From contig OY282441.1 of the NCBI GenBank assembly GCA_958296105.1, forward strand, positions 1,941,800 to 2,005,799: a stretch of DNA of 64,000 bases, read 5' to 3'. Shown in pieces: positions 37,209-46,666 of the stretch. The DNA is from an uncultured Dehalococcoidia bacterium (GTDB taxonomy: Bacteria; Chloroflexota; Dehalococcoidia; Lucifugimonadales; UBA1123). Every line of letters begins with the position of its first letter. Position 1 is the first letter of the stretch. A program made the position numbers and the translations under genes. A model generated the notes under the pieces. That model worked only from the letters and a program-made list of their open reading frames with translations. It searched no databases and was not told the origin of the DNA.

Positions 37209-39425
37209 TCAGCTCCCAGTGCGCTGGCTGCTCACCAGAAGATCCGCGCGGTCCCCCCATTTCTCCAGAAAGCGCCTGTAGTTCTTCAGGCTCATCTCGT
37301 CTCGTTCGCCCTCGGCAAGCTCGTTCCAAACCCGATGCTCGTGCTGGACGATTGGAATGGACTGATCGGCGACTATGCGCTTGCCCCGCTCCTTGAAGTG
37401 GAAGCTGTAATCGATATCCAGGTTGCGGTAGAAGCGGAAGCTCTCGCGCATCAGTCCGACCTGCCCGACCTCCTCTCGACGGAAGGCGAAGCAGTACGCC
37501 TGCATCGCGTCCATATCGCCGGACTCGCCCTCTCCATCGTGGAAGTGGTGCAGGTTGTCGGTGCGAAGCCCGAACGGACCGACAACGCCCACGTCCTCCC
37601 CGTCCAGCAGGCTGTCTATAGGCTGGAGTATGTCCCCGGCGACCTCTACGCTGGTATCCAGCATCACTACGGTTCTGCCGAGACTCTGCTTGATCACGAT
37701 GTTCTTCGCCGCCGCCTCGCCGAGCTTGTGATCGGCGTGAATCACCCTGACCCTAGAGTCCCTCGCAGCCAGATCGTCCAGCCAGTCGCCGGTCGAGTCG
37801 GTCGAGCCGTTATCCAGAACCACCGCTTCTACGTCGCGCCCGCCCGCCCAGCGCAGCGCGCTGGTGACGACCCTCTTGACGTCATCGAGGTAGTTGCAGG
37901 CGACCACGCCTATCGTGGCAGCGTAAGCGCTGTCCGACTCGATGAGAGACGGCACCTCTGCCGCGGAGGATACCACGTCCCTGTGTTCGGTCATCTTCTC
38001 CCAATTGGCCTTCGGCCTGATCCGCGAGCCTCTGGCGTGGTCTTCGACCACGTAGCCCACCTCTTCGAGAGCGGCCCTTATCTGGTCGGCGGCATCGTAC
38101 TCTGCCATGTCGCGCAGGCGCGCCCTTCTCAGAAGCTGCTCCAGCGCTTCGGGCGAGGTCTCGTACTCGTCGCCCACACTGAGCAGGTCCAGCCCCAGAA
38201 CCTCATCGAACCGCTCGATCAGCGCCAGCTTGGTCGATGCGGACAGGTCGGATCGGGCCATCTTCCACGTGAGCGCGAGCGCGCCGGGCATGTCCAGATT
38301 CGAGCTGACCGTTTCGAGGAAGCGCCCGCCCCACTCCTCCATGTCTCCGCCGTCTGGGGCGTCGCCTCCGACTGCGCTTCCCTCACTCTCCATCATCCAC
38401 TCCCATACGCGGTTCTTCAGCCGCTGAAGTCCACGCTGCGCGGCGCGAAGCGAGGTGAACGTGAAGTTCAGACGGGTGTTGTATCGCGCGGTCATGCACA
38501 GGTATCGGAACGCCATCGGATCGAGTCCCTGCGCTTCCAGATCGGACATTATGAACGAGTTGCCGGCAGACTTCGCCATCTTGACGCCATCGGCGAGCAG
38601 GTGCTGGCCGTGAACCCACGATCTGACCACAGGCTCCCCCGTGAAGCCCTCGCTCTGGGCGATCTCGCCCTCGTGATGCGGGAAGATGTTGTCTACCCCC
38701 CCGGTGTGGATGTCGAACTCCTCGCCCAGATACTTGATGGACATGGCGGAGCATTCGATGTGCCAGCCGGGGAACCCTTCACCCCAGGGGCTGTTCCACT
38801 TGACCGTTCGGCCCGGCTCGGCCGCCTTCCACAGCGTGAAGTCCCTCGGATCGCGCTTGAGCGGGTCGGCATCCACCCTGACCGCTTCGAGAAGCTCCGC
38901 CTCGTGGATGTTGCCCGACAGCTTCCCGTAGTCAGGGAAGCGCGACACCTCGAAGTAGACGTTGCCCTCCACCTCGTAGGCGTAGCCCTTCTGCTCCAGC
39001 TTCTCCACTATCTCGATCATCTCTTGGATGTGGTCTGTCGCCTTTGGGAACTCGTGCGCCGGCTGGATGTGGAGCTTGTCCTCGTCTGCGCGGAACCTGC
39101 CTGTGTAGAACTCGGCGATCTCTGCGGGCGTCTTGCCCTCCTCGATCGCCGCGGCGATTATCTTGTCCTCGCCGCGCTCCAGCATCTCTTGGCGCATGTG
39201 GCCCACGTCCGTAATGTTCTTTATGTGGGTGACGCTCATCCCCTGAGCGGCGAGGATGCGGCGGATCCAGTCTGCCATGAGATACGAGCGCAGGTTGCCT
39301 ATGTGGGCGTCCCGATAGACCGTCGGCCCGCAGGTGTACATCTTGACGATGCCCTCCTCTATCGGAGCCACTTCGTCCATGCTCTTGCTGAGGGTGTTGT
39401 ATATCTTCAGCACAGTCCTATACAC
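37209..39425 (-). CDS. cysS: Cysteine--tRNA ligase fused to a C-terminal family-2 glycosyltransferase domain
   Basis: 738 aa. The CysRS part has [19 protein letters not shown] (HIGH-type), [14 protein letters not shown] (KMSKS-type) and a DALR-like helical region. Residues about 505-738 are [12 protein letters not shown]...[15 protein letters not shown]...VMLDTS..., a GT2 pattern. Confidence 0.9.
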   Translation of the reverse strand: MYRTVLKIYNTLSKSMDEVAPIEEGIVKMYTCGPTVYRDAHIGNLRSYLMADWIRRILAAQGMSVTHIKNITDVGHMRQEMLERGEDKIIAAAIEEGKTPAEIAEFYTGRFRADEDKLHIQPAHEFPKATDHIQEMIEIVEKLEQKGYAYEVEGNVYFEVSRFPDYGKLSGNIHEAELLEAVRVDADPLKRDPRDFTLWKAAEPGRTVKWNSPWGEGFPGWHIECSAMSIKYLGEEFDIHTGGVDNIFPHHEGEIAQSEGFTGEPVVRSWVHGQHLLADGVKMAKSAGNSFIMSDLEAQGLDPMAFRYLCMTARYNTRLNFTFTSLRAAQRGLQRLKNRVWEWMMESEGSAVGGDAPDGGDMEEWGGRFLETVSSNLDMPGALALTWKMARSDLSASTKLALIERFDEVLGLDLLSVGDEYETSPEALEQLLRRARLRDMAEYDAADQIRAALEEVGYVVEDHARGSRIRPKANWEKMTEHRDVVSSAAEVPSLIESDSAYAATIGVVACNYLDDVKRVVTSALRWAGGRDVEAVVLDNGSTDSTGDWLDDLAARDSRVRVIHADHKLGEAAAKNIVIKQSLGRTVVMLDTSVEVAGDILQPIDSLLDGEDVGVVGPFGLRTDNLHHFHDGEGESGDMDAMQAYCFAFRREEVGQVGLMRESFRFYRNLDIDYSFHFKERGKRIVADQSIPIVQHEHRVWNELAEGERDEMSLKNYRRFLEKWGDRADLLVSSQRTGS

Positions 39426-39458
39426 TCCTGCCGGCTGGTCGAATACGCTGCCGATCTG

Positions 39459-40925
39459 TCAGTCGTTCTTCTGTGGCGCAACATCCATGACGTGGAGGAA
39501 GTTGGTGCTTCCGGACTCCCCGAACGGAAACCCGGCGGTGAGTACCAGCTTTCCGCCCTCCTCGGGCACCAGATCCGAAGATATGGCGTATCTTCTAGCC
39601 ACGTCGAGCAGCTCCCCTACGGTACGGATATCGGGAGCTATTACAGGGTTGACGCCCCAGCTCACCGTGAGAACGCGCGACACCTCCTCGTGAGGCGTGA
39701 GAGCCAGAATCGGCGCTGTGGGCCTGTACTTGGAGACGCGCCTGGCGGTGTTGCCGTACTCGGTGAAGGCGATGATCCCGCAGGCGTCCAAATTGCTGGC
39801 GATGCGGGCGGCGCTAAAGCTGATATCCTCATCGGTCTGCCGCTGAACAAGGCCTATTCTCGCATCCGGCCTCCTCTCGCGGTCGAGCGCCGCTTCCCGC
39901 CTCATGGCGATCCTGCGCATGACGTCTACGGCAGCAGCGGGGGATTTTCCCTGCGCGGTCTCGCCGGAGAGCATGACCGCGTCCGATCCTTCCCGCACCG
40001 CGTTGGAGACGTCTGTGGCTTCTGCCCTCGTTGGACTGCTCGACTTGACCATGGACTCCAGCATCTGAGTCGCGGTGATAACTGGCTTGCCCGCGAGATT
40101 GCACTTCTCGATCATCCTCTCCTGCTCCAGAGGCACCGATTCCAGATCTATGGCGACTCCGAGATCTCCCCTGGCGACCATGATGCCGTCGCTGGCAGCT
40201 AGTATGGCGTCGAAGCTGCCAATGGCTTCGGCGGTTTCGATCTTCGATACGATGAAGGCGCTGCTGCCCATGTTCTTCAGCAGGCCGCGCGCGTGGCCCA
40301 CGTCTTCGGGCTGAGTCACGTTGGACAGAGCTACGAAGTCCGCCCCTGTCTCCGCTGCGAAGGCGAGTCCCTCCATGTCCCTGTCGCTCAGAAATGGCAG
40401 CGAAGGCGCGCGCCCCGGAATGACCACCCCCCGCCTCTCGGTCATTCTCCCTCCTTGGACGATCACGCACTCGACCTCCATGTCCCGCACTTTCAGAACC
40501 CGCAGCTTGATATTCCCGTCGTCCACGAGTATCTCGTCCCCCGGCTGGGCGTCGCTGTGTATACCCGGAGGGGAGACGCTGAGCATCTGGGGACTTCCCA
40601 TCACGTCGTCCTCGCTGGTTAGGATGATCGAGTCTTCCTCTGTGAGGTCGATGGCTCCAGGGCTCTGCGGTCCCGTCCTGTACTTGGGGCCGGGGATGTC
40701 CACCATGATTCCAACGGGCATGTCCAAGCTCTCGGATACTTCGCGAACATTGTCGAATACGCGCTGGTGTTCCTCTATAGTGCCGTGCGAAAAGTTGAGC
40801 CTCGCCACCGTGAGACCTGCAAGCACCAGCTCGGTTATCCTCTCATGCGTCCCAGAGTATTTGAGGCTGAGCGTACCTACGATCTTGGTTTTGGGCCGCT
40901 GTGCTATCTTCACTGTCTGAGTCAT
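39459..40925 (-). CDS. pyk: Pyruvate kinase
   Basis: 488 aa. KTKIVGTLS...ARLNFSHG..., ...MVARGDLGV... and ...ATQMLESM are canonical PK motifs. Confidence 0.93.
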   Translation of the reverse strand: MTQTVKIAQRPKTKIVGTLSLKYSGTHERITELVLAGLTVARLNFSHGTIEEHQRVFDNVREVSESLDMPVGIMVDIPGPKYRTGPQSPGAIDLTEEDSIILTSEDDVMGSPQMLSVSPPGIHSDAQPGDEILVDDGNIKLRVLKVRDMEVECVIVQGGRMTERRGVVIPGRAPSLPFLSDRDMEGLAFAAETGADFVALSNVTQPEDVGHARGLLKNMGSSAFIVSKIETAEAIGSFDAILAASDGIMVARGDLGVAIDLESVPLEQERMIEKCNLAGKPVITATQMLESMVKSSSPTRAEATDVSNAVREGSDAVMLSGETAQGKSPAAAVDVMRRIAMRREAALDRERRPDARIGLVQRQTDEDISFSAARIASNLDACGIIAFTEYGNTARRVSKYRPTAPILALTPHEEVSRVLTVSWGVNPVIAPDIRTVGELLDVARRYAISSDLVPEEGGKLVLTAGFPFGESGSTNFLHVMDVAPQKND

Positions 40926-41101
40926 AAGATACGCCTCCGTGAGTTCCTCGCCAAACTGCGGAAGTTCAATCCCAATGCTACATCAAAAGACCCGCTGCTG
41001 CCATATGACAGGTCCATACGTCTGCGGCTGGCGGCTCGGCTCACTCGGGCATCTACACAGAACGACACAGTTGGATTAGAATGACATCATCCCTTCGGTA
41101 G

Positions 41102-41815
41102 GTGTGGAAGATGCGGTCTGTCAGACAACTCTACGATCTTCAGCTGCTGGATTGGGATATCCAGAATCTGGAAGAGGAGCTGTCCGACGTCCGCGCCAAG
41201 CTCGCCGACGATACGGCGCGCATGAGCGCTCGCAGGCGGCTGGACGCGCTCGAAGCGCGGCTGCAAGAGCTGGCTTCCCCGCGCCGTCAGTCCGAACATG
41301 CGATACAGCAGATGGAGCAGCGAGCCTCTGCAATCGAAGGCCGCCTCTACAGTGGCGCCGTAACCAACCCGAGAGAGCTGGAGGCGTATCAGGACGAGCG
41401 CGCAATGCTCGTTCGCAATCAGCGCGCCGAAGAGGACAGACTTCTGGACCTCATGGTCGAGATGGAGGATGTTCAGGAGCGGCGCGACGAAGCCAGAACG
41501 ACCTTCGAGAAGATCGACGTCGAGCGATCCGGCGAGGTCTCGGAGCTGACATCTAGAGAAGATGCGCTGTCGTCCGAGCTGCCGGGACTCGAAACGAGGC
41601 GGCAGTCTATTTCGGCAGAGTACCCGCCGAACGTGATGGCGGTGTACGAGACCGTGAGGCGCGCGCGCGGGGGACAGGGGGCGGCGCTGGTCGACAGGCG
41701 CGGCCTGTGCCAGGGCTGTCGGCTGACGATTCCCAACGCCGAGCTGAGCAGGGTGCGCTCCGGCGATGGCATCGTGCAGTGCGGCAGCTGCTCGAGAATT
41801 CTAATATACGGCTGA
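41102..41815 (+). CDS. COG1579-type coiled-coil protein with a C-terminal C4 zinc ribbon
   Basis: 237 aa. LYDLQLLDWDIQNLEEEL is followed by long heptad-like regions, then CQGCRLTIPNAE...QCGSCSRILIY. An alternative ATG is at 41111. Confidence 0.8.
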   Translation: MWKMRSVRQLYDLQLLDWDIQNLEEELSDVRAKLADDTARMSARRRLDALEARLQELASPRRQSEHAIQQMEQRASAIEGRLYSGAVTNPRELEAYQDERAMLVRNQRAEEDRLLDLMVEMEDVQERRDEARTTFEKIDVERSGEVSELTSREDALSSELPGLETRRQSISAEYPPNVMAVYETVRRARGGQGAALVDRRGLCQGCRLTIPNAELSRVRSGDGIVQCGSCSRILIYG

Positions 41816-41824
41816 TTTGGGCTT

Positions 41825-43183
41825 ATGAGAGCGCTAGGATACTTCAGGCTGGACGCATACACGCAAGCGTCCGACGAGACGAAGACACTGGACGACTTCG
41901 AGCGGGACTTCATGGAGTTCTGCGATCTCAACCTGCACCAGCCGGTGAGATGCTTCGGTGACCTCAACGCCTCCGCCAGTATGCGCTATCCGCAGTACGA
42001 CAGCATGTTGAAGTACATCGAGGAGTCGGGATCCAACTTTCTCGTGGCGATACCGGACGCCAGCCACCTGGGCGGAGACCTCGAAGCGGTGGCGCGGAGA
42101 TTCTTGGAAGTGGAGAGCGCGGGAGCTAAGGTGGCGTGCCAAGACGAGGATATGCCTGACCCGCTTCAGAACGCCTTCGTAGTGCTGGGCGTAACGGGAG
42201 TGTCGAGAGCAAAGAGCGGCAAGATCAGGCGCTCGATGGAAGACAAGGCGCTTCAGGGCAAAGGGCTTGGACGCCCTCCTTACGGATATCGCAACGGAGA
42301 TGACGGATCCTTCGCCGTCGTCAAAGACGAGGCGGCGGTCGTCCAGCTGATCTTTCGGCTGTACACTAGGGAAGAGATGGGGATGAGGCTCATCGTCCAG
42401 CACCTGAACGAGCGCGGCATCACCACGCGAAGAGGCGGCAAGTGGAACGTGGTCAGCGTCCGAGACATACTGAAGAACCCCGTCTACATGGGCACCTACA
42501 CGCGGTTCGGGCTGCGGCTGCCCCGCAGCCACGAAGCGATCATCGAACCGCGAGAGTACCGCGAGGCGCGCGACATCGTCCGCGAGAGGCGACCGCGCGG
42601 GCGAGTGTCCAGAGCCGAGCCGTATCTGCTGTCCGGCATGGTGTTCTGCGCCTACTGCGGCAACCGCATGATGGGCGTCACCCGCCATCAGCGCTGGCGA
42701 AACAAGAGCGGCAGGCGCAACCGCAAGACGTACAGATACTATCAGTGCCAGTCGCGCAACAACCAGAGCGTATGCGGCTACCACACTTGGCGCGAGGCGG
42801 ATCTGGAGGGCGCGGTGCTGTCCCAAATTCCGCTGGCAGTCAAGGCAAGGGAGCTTCAGCGCCGCAGCGCGCACGACTTGGACCGCGAACCCGATAGCGC
42901 GCTCCGAAAGGTGTGGGACGAACGGATCAGGAACGCCGAGCGCAGATTTCTCTTGGCCATGCGCAAGACCGCTTCAGGCGCTGCCAAGACGGATCACCTA
43001 GAGCAGGCCATAGCGGATCTGGACAAGGCGCGCGCAAGCGCGGAGAGATCGGACACCCCCGCCAACGTGGAAGAGACGCTCGGCAAGTGGGAGGATCTGG
43101 AGTTCGAAGAGAAGCGAGACTTCCTGCTGACGCACGTGGCGCGCGTCGAGGTCCGAGACCACATGGCCACACTGGTGGGGTGA
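41825..43183 (+). CDS. Large serine-recombinase homolog with a degenerate (probably inactive) catalytic domain
   Basis: 452 aa. The recombinase domain has PPYGYRN...VVQLIFRLY...GMRLIVQHLNERGITTRRGGKWNVVSVRDILKNPVYMG. A Zn ribbon (CAYCGNRM...YYQCQSRNNQSVC) and a coiled coil follow. The N-terminus GYFRLDAYTQ has Asp where the nucleophilic Ser sits, and DASHLG replaces the D-R-L-x-R motif. Confidence 0.85.
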   Translation: MRALGYFRLDAYTQASDETKTLDDFERDFMEFCDLNLHQPVRCFGDLNASASMRYPQYDSMLKYIEESGSNFLVAIPDASHLGGDLEAVARRFLEVESAGAKVACQDEDMPDPLQNAFVVLGVTGVSRAKSGKIRRSMEDKALQGKGLGRPPYGYRNGDDGSFAVVKDEAAVVQLIFRLYTREEMGMRLIVQHLNERGITTRRGGKWNVVSVRDILKNPVYMGTYTRFGLRLPRSHEAIIEPREYREARDIVRERRPRGRVSRAEPYLLSGMVFCAYCGNRMMGVTRHQRWRNKSGRRNRKTYRYYQCQSRNNQSVCGYHTWREADLEGAVLSQIPLAVKARELQRRSAHDLDREPDSALRKVWDERIRNAERRFLLAMRKTASGAAKTDHLEQAIADLDKARASAERSDTPANVEETLGKWEDLEFEEKRDFLLTHVARVEVRDHMATLVG

Positions 43184-43340
43184 CGGTGAACTTGACCGCT
43201 CTAATAGTTGCTGTCATACTCCATCACCGTAGGAAAGAATGGTTTATAGTAGGGAAGAATAGTTTCCCGATTCACGAGATGTGCAGCAATGAGGCGCATC
43301 GAAGCGTTGGAATCGGGAAACCGTCAGGTGAGCTAGGAGC

Positions 43341-44420
43341 TTGTCCACAGGTCGAGGCTTGAGCGTCTATCAGAATCTGATACGCCCACTACTGTTCAGG
43401 CTGCCAGCTGAAGATGCGTCTCATCTCGCCGCCCTGACACTCAGACTGTGGCCGATTTGGGGCGCGTTGAGGGCAGTCAACGGCTTCGAGTCGTCGGACT
43501 TGTCCACAGAGATCGCAGGAATCCCAATTGGGAATCCCGTTGGCTTGGCTGCGGGCTTGGATAAGGACTGCGAGATTCTCCCCGCGCTTTCGCGTCTTGG
43601 CTTTGGCTACCTGACCTGTGGAACAGTCACCCTCGACCCCAGACCCGGAAATCCCCAACCGCGTCTGATCAGAGAGCAGGGGCGCGATGCGCTCATAAAC
43701 TCCATGGGCTTCCCGAACAAGGGGCTGGCTTCGGCGGTCGAGAAGATCGAGCGAGACCGTCACCGCTGCGGCGACACTCCGATTGTAGTCAGCGTGTCGG
43801 GAACCGAAGTAGATGACATCGTCGAGTGTCATCGAAAAGTCGAGCCGCTGGCACACGCCGTAGAAATCAACATCAGCTCGCCGAACACCAAAGGACTCAG
43901 GATCTTCCACTCCCCCCACGTACTGGATAGCCTGCTCGGGGCGATTGATGCGGAGCGTTCCAAGAAGCCGCTCTTTGTGAAGATCCCTCCATTCCCCTCT
44001 GAAGGCGAAGATGCCGAGAGCCACGACAGCGCGCTGTCCCTCGTAGACGTCTGTCTCTCGAACCGGGTGGATGCGCTGACTGTGGCGAATACCCACCCCG
44101 TGAACGATGCAAGGCTCAAAGTCGGTTCTGGCGGATCGAGTGGAAAGCCTGTGTACGAGCCGATGCTGAGAATGGTATCCGAGGTGCGGCAGCGTGTCGG
44201 GGATGAGACGTGTATAAACGCATCCGGCGGGATATTCACTGCACAGGACGCTTGGGCTGCCATCGAAGCGGGCGCAAATACGGTTCAGACGCTGACTGGT
44301 CTCGTGTACAGAGGCCCGAACGTCGCGCGCGACATCGCCAAGGGCCTTGCGGAGCTTGTCGAGCGCAGGGGCATTGAGGGGATTGCGCAATTGCGGTACG
44401 ATGGCATGATACGCCTGTGA
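43341..44420 (+). CDS. pyrD: Dihydroorotate dehydrogenase (quinone), class 2
   Basis: LIRPLLFRLPAEDAHxxA-type N-terminus, followed by GLAAGLDKD, NSMGFPNKG, INISSPNT and the C-terminal part LVYRGP. An alternative TTG start is at 43359. Confidence 0.9.
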   Translation: MSTGRGLSVYQNLIRPLLFRLPAEDASHLAALTLRLWPIWGALRAVNGFESSDLSTEIAGIPIGNPVGLAAGLDKDCEILPALSRLGFGYLTCGTVTLDPRPGNPQPRLIREQGRDALINSMGFPNKGLASAVEKIERDRHRCGDTPIVVSVSGTEVDDIVECHRKVEPLAHAVEINISSPNTKGLRIFHSPHVLDSLLGAIDAERSKKPLFVKIPPFPSEGEDAESHDSALSLVDVCLSNRVDALTVANTHPVNDARLKVGSGGSSGKPVYEPMLRMVSEVRQRVGDETCINASGGIFTAQDAWAAIEAGANTVQTLTGLVYRGPNVARDIAKGLAELVERRGIEGIAQLRYDGMIRL

Positions 44421-44456
44421 CTGTAAGCTCGAACATCGGAAGAGGGGTGTTGATCA

Positions 44457-45593
44457 GTGCTAGAAGAAGCGCACGTCGGCGGGCTGAAGTTTCCAGACCT
44501 TTCGATTCAGGGGTTTCGTGGAATTAGAGACCTTTCGATCCCGCATCTGGGCCGCGTGACGCTGATTACCGGGAAGAACAACACTGGGAAATCTTCCATT
44601 CTCGAAGCGCTGCGTCTGCACACCAGTAACGCGGCTCTTGACGTCGTCTATGACGTTTTAGAGTTTCGTGAAGAACAGAGCATAATGGAGAGTGCCGATA
44701 CGAGATTCCCTCATCCCGGCAGCCTGTTCGAGTTCTCGTCGCTCTTTCATGGATTTCCCACGTTTTCGGAAACTTCCGATCCAATCGTTATTTCGACCAG
44801 CGGTAAAACACGTCCCATGAGATTGAATATGCGAATGGAGTGGCTCGCCGAAGAAGAGGACTCTGAGGGAAACACGCGACTTGTTCCACATCGGAACGAC
44901 AGATTCGAGGAATACAGGGATACCTTGCCCTTCTTGGTTGTCGAAACGGAAGATGGAACTCAGAACCGCAGATTGCGAAGACTTCCTGCCCGTCACCCCC
45001 GTTTAGGGCGCAGGTTCGCGGGTAGGGAACGAACGTCGTGCGTACTGGTCAACCCATACGGAGGTGAAAAAACCTATAAGCTGGATTCAATGTGGGGGAA
45101 AACCGCGCTGACAGACAACGAGAAACACGTAATCGAAGCGCTGCGCATCATCGACCCGAAAATATCCGCCGTCTCGATGGTCGCCAGTGAAGTTGACGTG
45201 AGAACTGCCATCGTGCGCTCCAGAGACATTCCGAGACCTGTGCCGCTGCGCTCCTTTGGCGATGGGATGACTCGACTGTTCGCCATAGTCCTGTCACTCG
45301 TCAACGCTCAGGGAGGCCTTCTGTTGATAGACGAGTTCGAGAACGGTCTGCATTACAGCGTACAGCTAGATATCTGGCGCATGATATTTCGATTGGCCCA
45401 AATACTGGACGTTCAGGTCTTCGCCACCTCTCACAGTCGAGACACTGTGGAAGCCTTTCAGACAGCGGCCTCCGAATCTCCCGGAGAGGATGCCCTCGTG
45501 CGCCTGACCCGCCGTGGCGACGACGTCATATCCACCGTGTTTTCGGAACGTGAGTTGGAAATTGCGACCCGCGACGAGATCGAGGTGCGCTGA
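44457..45593 (+). CDS. ABC/SMC-like AAA_21-type ATPase (predicted defence-module ATPase)
   Basis: 378 aa. The Walker A is ITGKNNTGKSSILEAL. A signature-like region reads RSFGDGMTRLF. The Walker B/D-loop is LLLIDEFENGLH and the H-loop is FATSHS. The gene is in a low-GC segment. Confidence 0.85.
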   Translation: MLEEAHVGGLKFPDLSIQGFRGIRDLSIPHLGRVTLITGKNNTGKSSILEALRLHTSNAALDVVYDVLEFREEQSIMESADTRFPHPGSLFEFSSLFHGFPTFSETSDPIVISTSGKTRPMRLNMRMEWLAEEEDSEGNTRLVPHRNDRFEEYRDTLPFLVVETEDGTQNRRLRRLPARHPRLGRRFAGRERTSCVLVNPYGGEKTYKLDSMWGKTALTDNEKHVIEALRIIDPKISAVSMVASEVDVRTAIVRSRDIPRPVPLRSFGDGMTRLFAIVLSLVNAQGGLLLIDEFENGLHYSVQLDIWRMIFRLAQILDVQVFATSHSRDTVEAFQTAASESPGEDALVRLTRRGDDVISTVFSERELEIATRDEIEVR

Positions 45594-46229
45594 TTGGCTA
45601 ACCGGAAGATTCTGATGGTAGAGGGAAGCGACGACGCTCACGTCCTGAAACACATCTGCGGCGCTCATGACATTCCCCTTCTCGATGAAGTAAAGTCACA
45701 CGGTGGCGCATCGGAACTCCTCGAATCCATCCCCGTTCGCCTCAAGGCCAGCAGCGAGGAAGGCGACGTTGTCGGCGTGATCATGGATGCTGACACGAGT
45801 CTGGATGCTCGATGGCAGTCTATCCGCAGCATATTCGTTCAGCTCGGATATCAGAATGTTCCTCCCCAACCCAATCCAGACGGGACGATACTTGAAGCTC
45901 CAAATGGGGGCGCGCTTCTGCCGAGAGCCGGCGTCTGGATAATGCCGGATAACAAGACTCCCGGAATTTTAGAGGACTTCCTCCGGTTCCTAGTCCCTGA
46001 TCAGCCAAACGACCTTTTCGATCACGTTGAGCGCAGCGTGGATTCGATCCCCGATCAGCGTTTTACAGATAACGATAGGCCCAAGGTGATCATCCACACT
46101 TGGCTCGCGTGGCAGAAAGAGCCGGGGAGACCCTACGGCACAGCCATCACCGCTCGTTTCCTCGACTCCAACTTGCCCCAAGCGAGGGTTCTTGCATCTT
46201 GGATTGCTCGGCTGTTCCATCCACTCTGA
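45594..46229 (+). CDS. TOPRIM-like small protein (DUF4435/DUF3226/DUF4276-like) partnered with the ATPase
   Basis: 211 aa. A TTG start lies immediately after the ATPase TGA. KILMVEGSDD supplies the Glu and VGVIMDADTS supplies DxD, giving the TOPRIM E...DxD spacing of about 55 aa. Confidence 0.7.
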   Translation: MANRKILMVEGSDDAHVLKHICGAHDIPLLDEVKSHGGASELLESIPVRLKASSEEGDVVGVIMDADTSLDARWQSIRSIFVQLGYQNVPPQPNPDGTILEAPNGGALLPRAGVWIMPDNKTPGILEDFLRFLVPDQPNDLFDHVERSVDSIPDQRFTDNDRPKVIIHTWLAWQKEPGRPYGTAITARFLDSNLPQARVLASWIARLFHPL

Positions 46230-46293
46230 TCTATACCCCCCATCCCGGTGGTGAGCGCTGCATCCTGCCTGTGCTATAATTTTGCGTGGCCTT

Positions 46294-46383
46294 TGGAGAG
46301 GTGGCCGAGCGGTTTAAGGCGCTGGTCTCGAAAACCAGTATGGGAGCAATTCCATCGTGGGTTCGAATCCCACCCTCTCCGCC
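46294..46383 (+). tRNA. tRNA-Ser (anticodon CGA), CCA encoded
   Basis: Manual fold: acceptor ggagagg/cctctcc, anticodon stem ctggt/accag with loop ctCGAaa, a long variable arm, and T-arm gtggg-ttcgaat-cccac. Confidence 0.9.
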
Positions 46384-46486
46384 AGCAGGCAGGCAGCGCC
46401 TTCGGAAGCCCGTCGACAGTTCGATACGAACGCAAGGCGAGCGCGCCATAGGGGGTTGTCGCTGGCTGGCAAAGTGAATCGCCTCG

Positions 46487-46585
<99 letters not shown>

Positions 46586-46666
46586 CTCTTTCTTCGCCCC
46601 TGTTGCCTTGCGCCCTGAAAAATTGCGCTTTTACAAAACTCGCGCATCCTGTACAATCGACCTTGT

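Noticed and set aside
37335-40202. 955-aa ORF on the plus strand spanning cysS and pyk
   Set aside because: It is antisense to two genes with unmistakable CysRS and pyruvate kinase motifs. Its translation is Arg/Ala/Gly/Val-rich low-complexity sequence, typical of shadow ORFs in high-GC DNA. The same reasoning applies to 3384..4433, 12247..13713, 33199..34428, 41834..42874, 48185..49150, 54177..55649 and 59987..61246.
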